Below are positions 39,007-54,182 of a stretch of DNA of 64,000 nucleotides, piece by piece. The stretch's first letter is position 1; each line of letters opens with the position of its first letter. Both the position numbers and the translations under genes were made by a program. Under the pieces are notes generated by a model that saw only the letters and a list, made by a program, of their open reading frames with translations, had not been told where the DNA came from and did no database searches. Origin of the DNA: Eledone cirrhosa (taxonomy: Eukaryota); NCBI GenBank assembly GCA_964016885.1, contig OZ024743.1, positions 11,718,001 through 11,782,000 of the forward strand, in the 5' to 3' direction.

Positions 39007-40974
39007 CAAATTTGATGAGATGCAATTTGGTTTTATACCAAGAAGGAGCACAACAGATATTTCCGAACTTGTGAGAGAATTACCGGAATAACACATAGTG
39101 ATGTTAACGTATCTATAACTTGCTTTGTTGATGGTAGCTGTTTATCATTTTTTGATATCTGCCTTTTATTATAGTCCTCAATACCATAACAGGTCAGTTT
39201 ATGGCCGGGTCACATATAAAAATCTTTAAGCTGGTGACCCACTTCTTATTGATGAATCTATGAAAGAGCTACAGAAAAGTCCCTATAGTAGAAACTGAAC
39301 TTAGAGTCAGAGTAAACAAAGCAACAATTCAATGCTGCAGTTAGTAAGAAAGAAGACATGGCTCCGGAGCCATTAGGGAACTGGCTATGTTTTATATGTA
39401 GAACATATGTAGATGTGAACTCTAACGAATGTACATAATGTAAAACATTGGTAGATAAGGGATGCAGTAGGGTTCTGGGCAGACAAACAGAAAATGTAGA
39501 GGATTTACATGAATAATTATTTGTAAGAGACTGGGTGTAATAAACTTTCTTTAAACCATGTATGGACATATGAAGCGTATAGATGTAGATTGTGTGTGGA
39601 AAAGTGTCGGGTGTTCGAAGTAAAAGGAAGAAGTAGTAGACGGTCAAGGAAGACTGGACAGAAGATTTAGAGAGGTCTCAAAACGCAGAACGTGACAGAG
39701 GAGATGACGTGGGAATGTATTAGGTGAGAGGAAGTTGTATGGGAAAGGTATATCCCATCCTGGCAAGATTAGAGAATAGGACATAAATATATGATGATGA
39801 TGATGGTGTGTGTATCTGTGTGCGTGTATATCATATGTAGTAACAAAATATATCGGCCCTGTATATAAACATAAGCGAGAAGAAACACATCTCTCCGCGA
39901 GGAAATTACTTGGTATATTTCTCTGGCACTGTACATCAGACACTCCATTATCACCCCGGTCATCAGAAATAGACTAAAATAGTACATTTTAAAAAATTTG
40001 ATGCTTATCTTCAAAATTTGCGCCTAATAAAAATTCTACTTTAGTTTTTCGTGTTTTTTATGTCTTCGGTGTTGTCAACCTCCAAAATGACAAAGTTTCC
40101 ATCAATAACAAACCATCATATTTTATCCAGTAAAACATGTGTTGTGCAATTCCTTCATTTAAAAAAATGTTATGATATTAGGGAGATTTGACTGCTATGT
40201 CTAGCGAGTCTGCACAGGTTCACATCTTGACATAATTATGATTTTATCGGCTGAAAAGGGAAATCATTTTGTTTATGAAACTGAGCTACGAATGTGTTAG
40301 GAAACTATGAAGTGATATAAAGGTGTCACCTTCGTCAGCGAGCGCGAAATTTTCAGTGAATGGGTTGATGTTCAGCCTGTAGAACAACCTGTGGCTTCCT
40401 CAGTTTAGAAGTGCTCCACATTAGCATTGCACTGAGAATGGGAAATGATGTTTGTGGATTACTAAAATGTCACTTTGGTTGGCCTCTCGACTCCACAGCT
40501 GTCCATTATTTGTTTGAATGCTGTTCATTTCTCTGGCCATACCGTACTAAACGTAATTATTAAGCGGACCTTGACTCGGGTAAATATTCCTTCAATTCTG
40601 TAGCCGGCTGGATTGTCCAGAGTTGATTGAAAGACATCAGACGGTTTTACTCTGGGTAAGAGGTAGATATGTTGCAATAGCTTGATACTTTCCTCAATAA
40701 AGTTTCTTTCACACTATCAAGCGGTTACCATGAAGCCGACCTTGATGGTCTCATAGATAAGTTACCATTGTGATTCGGCGTTCGAGTCACCAATATGTCT
40801 GAGATTTTGACATATCAAACGGCCATCTCTTTATTCTCGAGTCCCGAACACAAAGGGAAGCAAGACTCATAAATTATCTGCTCCCACATTAAATTTAGCA
40901 ATTGTAGAGTTCATACTGACTAGCTAATATGTAATGGTCAACTGTCTCACACACCGACCACTTTGGGTCTATCT

Positions 40975-41006
<32 letters not shown>

Positions 41007-41215
41007 CCGTCACTCTCCCTCTTTAGTCTACTTCTCTCTCAGCCAGGTCAACGAAATTTATCCCATCAAGAGAAATTTGGTAAATGCATCTTAAATAGAG
41101 TCTTTGCAAGTAAACATGTATATACGTCACACCTGATACAATACAGAGTTCTTTGTGTATTGTCATAACTTCGATGAAAGTTATCTATATATATATGTAA
41201 AACTGAGGGTGTCTC

Positions 41216-41291
<76 letters not shown>

Positions 41292-43245
41292 TGTATGTGT
41301 GTGTGTCTATGAGTTTGATGCCTAAAACTCGAGAAGTAACCAAGGGAATTTTTTTCAGACTTTACATGTGTATTACTTATGTTTCAGGGAGTGTTATGCA
41401 CATAAATTTAACCTTTTGATTCCCTACGGCCCGCATCAGGTGAAATACTGCGTTTTTTTTTCAGCATTTTAGGGTTGTTTTGAGGCGTTACGTCTGACCG
41501 ATTTTTCCGAAATATCAAGGCATATTATGCACATAAAAAAAATTCATTTTCTTGATCCCTTAGGGCCCGTATTAGGTGAAAACCTGCATTTTCCCTTCTT
41601 CATCGAGGAACATCTTAAAGGTTATCCAGCCATCAGAGTATTCGGTTTATTTTCTTTACATATTGTCCAGACATGCAGTTTTTCCACGATTAGGTCTGTT
41701 GGCGGCCCGCGTTCCAAAATACCTTATCCCGTGCAACGTCGGGTACCACTGCTAGTATTTAATAAATTAGTAACATAGAGGCTTTGTGTTATTGTGGTTT
41801 ATATATTTCATTTTCTATGTGATCAAGGTAAATCACTTACCCAGGGAACCATCACAAGACCATCATCATCATAATCAGCACTGTTATACACTTACTGGTA
41901 CACCCGCTATCTCTGTTCACACTATATCAGGCACATCAAACTTCTTTTGCCTACACTCTACACAACAGTGACCACATCACTGAGCACTCCACAAGTGAGT
42001 ACAGACACAACAACCGAATCAACACCACAACACCACCAACCATCATAGCACCATACTTGCTATAATTGGTAATGAGGGCCGCCACAGTCATTGATTCTTT
42101 CGCTCCTTCCTACATTCTGGGTGCTACATTAAATGTGAGGGCCACTGTTTCCCTAGCCGAACGGAATAAAAGACTAAAATACTGGCAATTATCGATATTA
42201 TTTCCAGGTTGTGGCGTTGGAGACGTTTGGGGGTAACTGAACCGCTGGCAACAGAGCTCGTGTCATAGTTTACGGCTAGCTTTACCATGGAATCAGGTGT
42301 CGTCCACCGGGCTGCTCCCTTATTCCACCACCTTAACCCCGCTCCCACACGCAGTAAAGCTGCTAGTGTGTTGGCTTGCCTCAAATGGTATACGAGGGAT
42401 GATCTGGTACCCATTATTGTGTGAGATCGATTTCCACACTTAGTGTTGATTTAATATTTTCTTTCGTTTTGAGTCCATATTTTCATGTGAAATATTTAAT
42501 TAAGTAATAGTGACATACCTGTAGCGAGGAAAATTTTTTCACGGTTGATTTTCCGAAAACTGCGGCCACCTGGGCATTGACCTATGACCTGCGTGATATC
42601 ACTTTCGTCTATGAAAGAATCTCGACGTCCAATTAAACATGTCTAAGTAACGAACCATCGTTAAAAAGATTAGCTGGGAATTCGGCTTGTCCAGTCTGCA
42701 AAGTTTCGCCTCTTTTCTCTGCAGGAAAAATTCGCTTATTACGAGATTTCACCATGAGACATTTTGTTTTGACAAATCCTTGCATATTTAAAAAATATAT
42801 ACATTTTTTCCCGCCAACGATGTAGAAGTAACCGTTCCAAGTACACAGAGATAGATTTAATAACTCTATCCTATTGTACATTATCAATTGTATTTTTTGT
42901 GAAGTAAAGCTATTAATTAAATAAGTATTTTGATACCTGTCGTGTTTACATTTTCTCCGAACTTACCACAACAAATGGACTTCGCTTCATATATGTGTAA
43001 CGGGGAATATTGACAGCTATGTCATTTGTATTTTTATTTCAATCTATCTATATTGTCAACATACTTGTTAGAGAAAAAAACTTTGCTATTATGTGATGTT
43101 ATGTACATCGTTTATTTTGATATAATTTCACGAGCTACATTATCATAGTTTTAGGACAATGTTTTCACTGAACAGGTTATATTTACTTAAATCTTCATAT
43201 TTTCGAGCAACTATTCTATCGAAATTGATATTTTCAGCTGAAAGA

Positions 43246-43382
43246 AGTAATGGAACTATGTAGAGGTATCTAGAAAATTCGAGAAACATGTAGATCATTA
43301 CAGAATGTTGCAGAAATGGCTGGAAAATACTAGCGATGACGTCAAACTAGGAGGAAGAGGAGGTAACTCTCCAGTATAAATA
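43246..43382 (+). promoter_or_regulatory. Hsp70 copy 4 promoter: HSE array, CRE, TATA
   Basis: CRE 43337-43344, TATA 43375-43382. Confidence 0.88.
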
Positions 43383-43625
43383 TTTGAATCGCTTAGCTTG
43401 TCACTCAATATCTACACTAACAACTGCTGTAAACAACACGAGAAAGGAATCTTACTCGCGAAATATTTCTTCAACTTATACATTCTACGAAGCAAAAGTT
43501 ATCTACATATCTTCGAGTTATATAACAGAAATACAAACTAACAACAAGAAAAGATAATCAAGAAGAAAGAAGTCGAACAAGCTATTTATTTACATATTTG
43601 AAGAAGAGTACATACATTAAGAATA

Positions 43626-45533
43626 ATGGTGAAAACGCCTGCTATTGGTATCGATCTGGGAACAACCTATTCTTGTGTAGGTGTGTTTCAACATGGCAAA
43701 GTAGAAATCATTGCCAACGACCAAGGAAACAGGACAACTCCAAGCTACGTGGCTTTCACGGAGGCCGAAAGACTGGTGGGCGATGCAGCGAAAAACCAAG
43801 CGACCCTCAACCCCGAGAACACTGTGTTTGATGCTAAACGTTTAATTGGACGCCACTTTAACGATACTTCCGTACAACAAGACATGAAGCATTGGCCATT
43901 CGGAGTGGTGAACAAAAATGGTAACAAACCACATGTGCAAGTGGAGTACAAGGGAGAGCAAAAGCAGTTTTCGCCCGAAGAGATTAGTTCGATGGTATTG
44001 AGTAAAATGAAGGAGACAGCCGAGTCTTACCTGGGTTGTGAAGTTAAAGACGCAGTAGTAACAGTACCAGCTTACTTTAACGACTCTCAAAGACAGGCAA
44101 CGAAAGATGCAGCCAGTATAGCTGGTCTGAATGTGTTGAGAATTGTGAACGAACCAACGGCCGGCGCGCTCGCTTACGGTCTCGAGAAAAACTTATCTGG
44201 TGAGAAGAACGTTCTAATCTTTGACTTGGGTGGTGGTACATTCGACGTTTCCATCTTGACAATTGATCAGGGATCTCTTTTCGAGGTGAAAGCTACAGCT
44301 GGTGACACACATCTGGGTGGAGAAGACTTCGATAACCGGCTCGTTGATCACTTTGCCGACGAATTCAAACGTAAACACAAGAAACATATCAAAGAAAATC
44401 CACGTTCTATCAGACGTCTGCGTACAGCATGCGAACGAGCCAAACGAACCCTATCGAGCAGTACAGAAGCTTCAGTAGAACTGGATTCTCTCTATGAAGG
44501 CATTGATTTTTACTCGAAGATTACCAGAGCACGCTTCGAGGATCTTTGCAGTGACCTCTTCCGATCCACTTTAGAACCAGTTGAGAAAGCACTGCGAGAC
44601 GCCAAGTTTGATAAATCGAGCATTCATGACATTGTGTTGGTCGGTGGATCAACACGCATTCCAAAGATCCAGAAATTACTTCAGGACTTCATGCAAGGAA
44701 AGCCGATCAACAAATCTATCAATCCAGACGAAGCTGTTGCCTACGGAGCTGCCGTACAAGCTGCAGTTCTCTCTGGAGACATGAGTGATTCCATCAAAGA
44801 CGTACTACTTGTAGATGTAGCGCCTTTGTCGCTTGGAATAGAAACGGCTGGTGGTGTGATGACTAAACTTATCGAGCGTAACAGCAGAATCCCGTGTAAA
44901 ACATCCGATGTATTCACTACCTATTCAGATAACCAGCCGGGTGTGTCTATTCAGGTATTCGAAGGAGAAAGAGCAATGACAAAAGACAACAACTGCCTCG
45001 GACGTTTCGAATTGAGTGGCATTCCACCAGCTCCTAGAGGTGTACCTCAAATAGAAGTCTCTTTTGATATGGATGCCAATGGAATACTTAACGTTTCTGC
45101 TGTTGACAAAAGTACCGGCAAAAGCAACAAAATTACCATCACCAACGACAAAGGACGTTTGAGCAAAGAGGAAATCGAAAGAATGATCAATGAAGCTAAA
45201 CAATACGAGGCAGAAGACGAAAAACAACGACAACGTATTGCAGCTAAGAATCAGTTGGAACAATACATATTCAACGTGAAACAAGCACTCAATACAGACA
45301 ACGATAAACTATCCGAGCAAGTTAAAAATCAGGCTCTTGATATGTGTAACAAAACGTTAGATTGGATAGACAATAACAGTCTAGCAGAAACAGATGAATT
45401 TACCTACAAACTGCAGGAAGCACAGAAATTCTGCTCTCCAATAATGTCGAAACTACACACATCATCTAATTCTAACAAAAATAATTCCACATCACAACCA
45501 ACCAGTGGACCAACGATTGAAGAAATGGACTAA
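43626..45533 (+). CDS. hsp70: Inducible-type cytosolic Hsp70, copy 4 (T212, EEMD)
   Basis: 635-aa ORF with all Hsp70 signatures. Confidence 0.99.
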   Translation: MVKTPAIGIDLGTTYSCVGVFQHGKVEIIANDQGNRTTPSYVAFTEAERLVGDAAKNQATLNPENTVFDAKRLIGRHFNDTSVQQDMKHWPFGVVNKNGNKPHVQVEYKGEQKQFSPEEISSMVLSKMKETAESYLGCEVKDAVVTVPAYFNDSQRQATKDAASIAGLNVLRIVNEPTAGALAYGLEKNLSGEKNVLIFDLGGGTFDVSILTIDQGSLFEVKATAGDTHLGGEDFDNRLVDHFADEFKRKHKKHIKENPRSIRRLRTACERAKRTLSSSTEASVELDSLYEGIDFYSKITRARFEDLCSDLFRSTLEPVEKALRDAKFDKSSIHDIVLVGGSTRIPKIQKLLQDFMQGKPINKSINPDEAVAYGAAVQAAVLSGDMSDSIKDVLLVDVAPLSLGIETAGGVMTKLIERNSRIPCKTSDVFTTYSDNQPGVSIQVFEGERAMTKDNNCLGRFELSGIPPAPRGVPQIEVSFDMDANGILNVSAVDKSTGKSNKITITNDKGRLSKEEIERMINEAKQYEAEDEKQRQRIAAKNQLEQYIFNVKQALNTDNDKLSEQVKNQALDMCNKTLDWIDNNSLAETDEFTYKLQEAQKFCSPIMSKLHTSSNSNKNNSTSQPTSGPTIEEMD

Positions 45534-46530
45534 GACATTTATTCACTGATAAACTTTTTCTAAAATACTGTAATATATCTGTAACTGTATAGTCTACTGT
45601 TCTCACATCTCACACAATATCACATTACATGATTCTTGAAGATATTCTGGTTAATATCTTTTCAACAACGTCGTGTACTCTCATTATTTATTTTATATAT
45701 AATATATTGTAAACAACTTCGAAACCTCATATTATTTTTATATTTATTATAAACAATAAATTATATTTTCTTTTCCAACACTTTCGATGTTATCTTATTT
45801 TTGCTTATTCTTTGTTACATCTAAATGTTGCTATTGTTATGTCATGCCCGGCCGCTTCCTTTTCGTACTGGTCCCCGTCGACCTCTCATGTGTCCTTAAA
45901 TCTACATTTAAAGAATCTGAAAGCAAAAGGTTCGGCAACGTTATATGTCTTGATCACCAGAACCGTGAGGTGTCCCAAATAGCAAAGCATTGTTCTAGTG
46001 TGAACAAGGATGTTGAGTGAAAATATGTCTGAGATAACTCAGGTGCAGGATCAGTTGCTCCGAAGAAAATGCTGGGACTGGGCATTATAAGAGGTTGATG
46101 AATCTGGAGAATAGGTGGAAACAAGAGACATCATCCGCAGTTGACTAAATAGAGAGACCAACTGTCTATATTGACAGTTACAGGACCAAAGAAGCAATCA
46201 GAGAAAACATGTAAAAGCAGCTGGAGTGTTAGATATATTTTCTTAGATGCTAAAATCTTCTGTTGAGGTTGGAGTCGAGCATTCTTACCAATAATCAATT
46301 AGGTAATACATCTGTTGTCATACCCAACAGCTGGTGTAACAGCATAATCTATAATTGCTACAGGGGAAAATGTGATGCTCTAGAAATGAGTAACTATAGA
46401 GGCCTAAATCTGGTGGGCAGAGTAATGGAAGTGATGGAGTGATAGCCTAACAAATTAGAGAGAGAGAGAGAGAGAGAGAGAGCGGGGGGGGGGAGAGTGA
46501 GAGAGAGCGGGGGGGGGAGAGTGAGAGAGG

Positions 46531-46585
<55 letters not shown>

Positions 46586-48553
46586 CAAATTTGATGAGAT
46601 GCAATTTGGTTTTATACCAAGAAGGAGCACAACAGATATTTCCGAACTTGTGAGAGAATTACCGGAATAACACATAGTGATGTTAACGTATCTATAACTT
46701 GCTTTGTTGATGGTAGCTGTTTATCATTTTTTGATATCTGCCTTTTATTATAGTCCTCAATACCATAACAGGTCAGTTTATGGCCGGGTCACATATAAAA
46801 ATCTTTAAGCTGGTGACCCACTTCTTATTGATGAATCTATGAAAGAGCTACAGAAAAGTCCCTATAGTAGAAACTGAACTTAGAGTCAGAGTAAACAAAG
46901 CAACAATTCAATGCTGCAGTTAGTAAGAAAGAAGACATGGCTCCGGAGCCATTAGGGAACTGGCTATGTTTTATATGTAGAACATATGTAGATGTGAACT
47001 CTAACGAATGTACATAATGTAAAACATTGGTAGATAAGGGATGCAGTAGGGTTCTGGGCAGACAAACAGAAAATGTAGAGGATTTACATGAATAATTATT
47101 TGTAAGAGACTGGGTGTAATAAACTTTCTTTAAACCATGTATGGACATATGAAGCGTATAGATGTAGATTGTGTGTGGAAAAGTGTCGGGTGTTCGAAGT
47201 AAAAGGAAGAAGTAGTAGACGGTCAAGGAAGACTGGACAGAAGATTTAGAGAGGTCTCAAAACGCAGAACGTGACAGAGGAGATGACGTGGGAATGTATT
47301 AGGTGAGAGGAAGTTGTATGGGAAAGGTATATCCCATCCTGGCAAGATTAGAGAATAGGACATAAATATATGATGATGATGATGGTGTGTGTATCTGTGT
47401 GCGTGTATATCATATGTAGTAACAAAATATATCGGCCCTGTATATAAACATAAGCGAGAAGAAACACATCTCTCCGCGAGGAAATTACTTGGTATATTTC
47501 TCTGGCACTGTACATCAGACACTCCATTATCACCCCGGTCATCAGAAATAGACTAAAATAGTACATTTTAAAAAATTTGATGCTTATCTTCAAAATTTGC
47601 GCCTAATAAAAATTCTACTTTAGTTTTTCGTGTTTTTTATGTCTTCGGTGTTGTCAACCTCCAAAATGACAAAGTTTCCATCAATAACAAACCATCATAT
47701 TTTATCCAGTAAAACATGTGTTGTGCAATTCCTTCATTTAAAAAAATGTTATGATATTAGGGAGATTTGACTGCTATGTCTAGCGAGTCTGCACAGGTTC
47801 ACATCTTGACATAATTATGATTTTATCGGCTGAAAAGGGAAATCATTTTGTTTATGAAACTGAGCTACGAATGTGTTAGGAAACTATGAAGTGATATAAA
47901 GGTGTCACCTTCGTCAGCGAGCGCGAAATTTTCAGTGAATGGGTTGATGTTCAGCCTGTAGAACAACCTGTGGCTTCCTCAGTTTAGAAGTGCTCCACAT
48001 TAGCATTGCACTGAGAATGGGAAATGATGTTTGTGGATTACTAAAATGTCACTTTGGTTGGCCTCTCGACTCCACAGCTGTCCATGATTTGTTTGAATGC
48101 TGTTCATTTCTCTGGCCATACCGTACTAAACGTAATTATTAAGCGGACCTTGACTCGGGTAAATATTCCTTCAATTCTGTAGCCGGCTGGATTGTCCAGA
48201 GTTGATTGAAAGACATCAGACGGTTTTACTCTGGGTAAGAGGTAGATATGTTGCAATAGCTTGATACTTTCCTCAATAAAGTTTCTTTCACACTATCAAG
48301 CGGTTACCATGAAGCCGACCTTGATGGTCTCATAGATAAGTTACCATTGTGATTCGGCGTTCGAGTCACCAATATGTCTGAGATTTTGACATATCAAACG
48401 GCCATCTCTTTATTCTCGAGTCCCGAACACAAAGGGAAGCAAGACTCATAAATTATCTGCTCCCACATTAAATTTAGCAATTGTAGAGTTCATACTGACT
48501 AGCTAATATGTAATGGTCAACTGTCTCACACACCGACCACTTTGGGTCTATCT

Positions 48554-48585
<32 letters not shown>

Positions 48586-48794
48586 CCGTCACTCTCCCTC
48601 TTTAGTCTACTTCTCTCTCAGCCAGGTCAACGAAATTTATCCCATCAAGAGAAATTTGGTAAATGCATCTTAAATAGAGTCTTTGCAAGTAAACATGTAT
48701 ATACGTCACACCTGATACAATACAGAGTTCTTTGTGTATTGTCATAACTTCGATGAAAGTTATCTATATATATATGTAAAACTGAGGGTGTCTC

Positions 48795-48868
<74 letters not shown>

Positions 48869-50822
48869 TGTATGTGTGTGTGTCTATGAGTTTGATGCCT
48901 AAAACTCGAGAAGTAACCAAGGGAATTTTTTTCAGACTTTACATGTGTATTACTTATGTTTCAGGGAGTGTTATGCACATAAATTTAACCTTTTGATTCC
49001 CTACGGCCCGCATCAGGTGAAATACTGCGTTTTTTTTTCAGCATTTTAGGGTTGTTTTGAGGCGTTACGTCTGACCGATTTTTCCGAAATATCAAGGCAT
49101 ATTATGCACATAAAAAAAATTCATTTTCTTGATCCCTTAGGGCCCGTATTAGGTGAAAACCTGCATTTTCCCTTCTTCATCGAGGAACATCTTAAAGGTT
49201 ATCCAGCCATCAGAGTATTCGGTTTATTTTCTTTACATATTGTCCAGACATGCAGTTTTTCCACGATTAGGTCTGTTGGCGGCCCGCGTTCCAAAATACC
49301 TTATCCCGTGCAACGTCGGGTACCACTGCTAGTATTTAATAAATTAGTAACATAGAGGCTTTGTGTTATTGTGGTTTATATATTTCATTTTCTATGTGAT
49401 CAAGGTAAATCACTTACCCAGGGAACCATCACAAGACCATCATCATCATAATCAGCACTGTTATACACTTACTGGTACACCCGCTATCTCTGTTCACACT
49501 ATATCAGGCACATCAAACTTCTTTTGCCTACACTCTACACAACAGTGACCACATCACTGAGCACTCCACAAGTGAGTACAGACACAACAACCGAATCAAC
49601 ACCACAACACCACCAACCATCATAGCACCATACTTGCTATAATTGGTAATGAGGGCCGCCACAGTCATTGATTCTTTCGCTCCTTCCTACATTCTGGGTG
49701 CTACATTAAATGTGAGGGCCACTGTTTCCCTAGCCGAACGGAATAAAAGACTAAAATACTGGCAATTATCGATATTATTTCCAGGTTGTGGCGTTGGAGA
49801 CGTTTGGGGGTAACTGAACCGCTGGCAACAGAGCTCGTGTCATAGTTTACGGCTAGCTTTACCATGGAATCAGGTGTCGTCCACCGGGCTGCTCCCTTAT
49901 TCCACCACCTTAACCCCGCTCCCACACGCAGTAAAGCTGCTAGTGTGTTGGCTTGCCTCAAATGGTATACGAGGGATGATCTGGTACCCATTATTGTGTG
50001 AGATCGATTTCCACACTTAGTGTTGATTTAATATTTTCTTTCGTTTTGAGTCCATATTTTCATGTGAAATATTTAATTAAGTAATAGTGACATACCTGTA
50101 GCGAGGAAAATTTTTTCACGGTTGATTTTCCGAAAACTGCGGCCACCTGGGCATTGACCTATGACCTGCGTGATATCACTTTCGTCTATGAAAGAATCTC
50201 GACGTCCAATTAAACATGTCTAAGTAACGAACCATCGTTAAAAAGATTAGCTGGGAATTCGGCTTGTCCAGTCTGCAAAGTTTCGCCTCTTTTCTCTGCA
50301 GGAAAAATTCGCTTATTACGAGATTTCACCATGAGACATTTTGTTTTGACAAATCCTTGCATATTTAAAAAATATATACATTTTTTCCCGCCAACGATGT
50401 AGAAGTAACCGTTCCAAGTACACAGAGATAGATTTAATAACTCTATCCTATTGTACATTATCAATTGTATTTTTTGTGAAGTAAAGCTATTAATTAAATA
50501 AGTATTTTGATACCTGTCGTGTTTACATTTTCTCCGAACTTACCACAACAAATGGACTTCGCTTCATATATGTGTAACGGGGAATATTGACAGCTATGTC
50601 ATTTGTATTTTTATTTCAATCTATCTATATTGTCAACATACTTGTTAGAGAAAAAAACTTTGCTATTATGTGATGTTATGTACATCGTTTATTTTGATAT
50701 AATTTCACGAGCTACATTATCATAGTTTTAGGACAATGTTTTCACTGAACAGGTTATATTTACTTAAATCTTCATATTTTCGAGCAACTATTCTATCGAA
50801 ATTGATATTTTCAGCTGAAAGA

Positions 50823-50959
50823 AGTAATGGAACTATGTAGAGGTATCTAGAAAATTCGAGAAACATGTAGATCATTACAGAATGTTGCAGAAATGGCTGG
50901 AAAATACTAGCGATGACGTCAAACTAGGAGGAAGAGGAGGTAACTCTCCAGTATAAATA
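50823..50959 (+). promoter_or_regulatory. Hsp70 copy 5 promoter: HSE array, CRE, TATA
   Basis: CRE 50914-50921, TATA 50952-50959. Confidence 0.88.
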
Positions 50960-51202
50960 TTTGAATCGCTTAGCTTGTCACTCAATATCTACACTAACAA
51001 CTGCTGTAAACAACACGAGAAAGGAATCTTACTCGCGAAATATTTCTTCAACTTATACATTCTACGAAGCAAAAGTTATCTACATATCTTCGAGTTATAT
51101 AACAGAAATACAAACTAACAACAAGAAAAGATAATCAAGAAGAAAGAAGTCGAACAAGCTATTTATTTACATATTTGAAGAAGAGTACATACATTAAGAA
51201 TA

Positions 51203-53110
51203 ATGGTGAAAACGCCTGCTATTGGTATCGATCTGGGAACAACCTATTCTTGTGTAGGTGTGTTTCAACATGGCAAAGTAGAAATCATTGCCAACGACCA
51301 AGGAAACAGGACAACTCCAAGCTACGTGGCTTTCACGGAGGCCGAAAGACTGGTGGGCGATGCAGCGAAAAACCAAGCGACCCTCAACCCCGAGAACACT
51401 GTGTTTGATGCTAAACGTTTAATTGGACGCCACTTTAACGATACTTCCGTACAACAAGACATGAAGCATTGGCCATTCGGAGTGGTGAACAAAAATGGTA
51501 ACAAACCACATGTGCAAGTGGAGTACAAGGGAGAGCAAAAGCAGTTTTCGCCCGAAGAGATTAGTTCGATGGTATTGAGTAAAATGAAGGAGACAGCCGA
51601 GTCTTACCTGGGTTGTGAAGTTAAAGACGCAGTAGTAACAGTACCAGCTTACTTTAACGACTCTCAAAGACAGGCAACGAAAGATGCAGCCAGTATAGCT
51701 GGTCTGAATGTGTTGAGAATTGTGAACGAACCAACGGCCGGCGCGCTCGCTTACGGTCTCGAGAAAAACTTATCTGGTGAGAAGAACGTTCTAATCTTTG
51801 ACTTGGGTGGTGGTACATTCGACGTTTCCATCTTGACAATTGATCAGGGATCTCTTTTCGAGGTGAAAGCTACAGCTGGTGACACACATCTGGGTGGAGA
51901 AGACTTCGATAACCGGCTCGTTGATCACTTTGCCGACGAATTCAAACGTAAACACAAGAAACATATCAAAGAAAATCCACGTTCTATCAGACGTCTGCGT
52001 ACAGCATGCGAACGAGCCAAACGAACCCTATCGAGCAGTACAGAAGCTTCAGTAGAACTGGATTCTCTCTATGAAGGCATTGATTTTTACTCGAAGATTA
52101 CCAGAGCACGCTTCGAGGATCTTTGCAGTGACCTCTTCCGATCCACTTTAGAACCAGTTGAGAAAGCACTGCGAGACGCCAAGTTTGATAAATCGAGCAT
52201 TCATGACATTGTGTTGGTCGGTGGATCAACACGCATTCCAAAGATCCAGAAATTACTTCAGGACTTCATGCAAGGAAAGCCGATCAACAAATCTATCAAT
52301 CCAGACGAAGCTGTTGCCTACGGAGCTGCCGTACAAGCTGCAGTTCTCTCTGGAGACATGAGTGATTCCATCAAAGACGTACTACTTGTAGATGTAGCGC
52401 CTTTGTCGCTTGGAATAGAAACGGCTGGTGGTGTGATGACTAAACTTATCGAGCGTAACAGCAGAATCCCGTGTAAAACATCCGATGTATTCACTACCTA
52501 TTCAGATAACCAGCCGGGTGTGTCTATTCAGGTATTCGAAGGAGAAAGAGCAATGACAAAAGACAACAACTGCCTCGGACGTTTCGAATTGAGTGGCATT
52601 CCACCAGCTCCTAGAGGTGTACCTCAAATAGAAGTCTCTTTTGATATGGATGCCAATGGAATACTTAACGTTTCTGCTGTTGACAAAAGTACCGGCAAAA
52701 GCAACAAAATTACCATCACCAACGACAAAGGACGTTTGAGCAAAGAGGAAATCGAAAGAATGATCAATGAAGCTAAACAATACGAGGCAGAAGACGAAAA
52801 ACAACGACAACGTATTGCAGCTAAGAATCAGTTGGAACAATACATATTCAACGTGAAACAAGCACTCAATACAGACAACGATAAACTATCCGAGCAAGTT
52901 AAAAATCAGGCTCTTGATATGTGTAACAAAACGTTAGATTGGATAGACAATAACAGTCTAGCAGAAACAGATGAATTTACCTACAAACTGCAGGAAGCAC
53001 AGAAATTCTGCTCTCCAATAATGTCGAAACTACACACATCATCTAATTCTAACAAAAATAATTCCACATCACAACCAACCAGTGGACCAACGATTGAAGA
53101 AATGGACTAA
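51203..53110 (+). CDS. hsp70: Inducible-type cytosolic Hsp70, copy 5 (T212, EEMD)
   Basis: 635-aa ORF; protein identical to copy 4. Confidence 0.99.
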   Translation: MVKTPAIGIDLGTTYSCVGVFQHGKVEIIANDQGNRTTPSYVAFTEAERLVGDAAKNQATLNPENTVFDAKRLIGRHFNDTSVQQDMKHWPFGVVNKNGNKPHVQVEYKGEQKQFSPEEISSMVLSKMKETAESYLGCEVKDAVVTVPAYFNDSQRQATKDAASIAGLNVLRIVNEPTAGALAYGLEKNLSGEKNVLIFDLGGGTFDVSILTIDQGSLFEVKATAGDTHLGGEDFDNRLVDHFADEFKRKHKKHIKENPRSIRRLRTACERAKRTLSSSTEASVELDSLYEGIDFYSKITRARFEDLCSDLFRSTLEPVEKALRDAKFDKSSIHDIVLVGGSTRIPKIQKLLQDFMQGKPINKSINPDEAVAYGAAVQAAVLSGDMSDSIKDVLLVDVAPLSLGIETAGGVMTKLIERNSRIPCKTSDVFTTYSDNQPGVSIQVFEGERAMTKDNNCLGRFELSGIPPAPRGVPQIEVSFDMDANGILNVSAVDKSTGKSNKITITNDKGRLSKEEIERMINEAKQYEAEDEKQRQRIAAKNQLEQYIFNVKQALNTDNDKLSEQVKNQALDMCNKTLDWIDNNSLAETDEFTYKLQEAQKFCSPIMSKLHTSSNSNKNNSTSQPTSGPTIEEMD

Positions 53111-54084
53111 GACATTTATTCACTGATAAACTTTTTCTAAAATACTGTAATATATCTGTAACTGTATAGTCTACTGTTCTCACATCTCACACAATATCAC
53201 ATTACATGATTCTTGAAGATATTCTGGTTAATATCTTTTCAACAACGTCGTGTACTCTCATTATTTATTTTATATATAATATATTGTAAACAACTTCGAA
53301 ACCTCATATTATTTTTATATTTATTATAAACAATAAATTATATTTTCTTTTCCAACACTTTCGATGTTATCTTATTTTTGCTTATTCTTTGTTACATCTA
53401 AATGTTGCTATTGTTATGTCATGCCCGGCCGCTTCCTTTTCGTACTGGTCCCCCTCGACCTCTCATGTGTCCTTAAATCTACATTTAAAGAATCTGAAAG
53501 CAAAAGGTTCGGCAACGTTATATGTCTTGATCACCAGAACCGTGAGGTGTCCCAAATAGCAAAGCATTGTTCTAGTGTGAACAAGGATGTTGAGTGAAAA
53601 TATGTCTGAGATAACTCAGGTGCAGGATCAGTTGCTCTGAAGAAAGTGCTGGGACTGGGCATTATAAGAGGTTGATGAATCTGGAGAATAGGTGGAAACA
53701 AGAGACATCATCCGCAGTTGACTAAATAGAGAGACCAACTGTCTATATTGACAGTTACAGGACCAAAGAAGCAATCAGAGAAAACATGTAAAAGCAGCTG
53801 GAGTGTTAGAAATATTTTCTTAGATGCTAAAATCTTCTGTTGAGGTTGGAGTCGAGTATTCTTACCAATAATCAATTAAGCAATACATCTGTTGTCATAC
53901 CCAACAGCTGGTGTAACAGCATAATCTATAATTGCTACAGGGGAAAATGTGATGCTCTAGAAATGAGTAACTATAGAGGCCTAAACCTGGTGAGCAAAGT
54001 AATGGAAGTGATGGAGTGATAGCCTAACTATTTAGAGAGAGAAAGAGAGAGAGAGAGAGATTGTGTGTGAGAGAGAGAGAGCGA

Positions 54085-54182
<98 letters not shown>

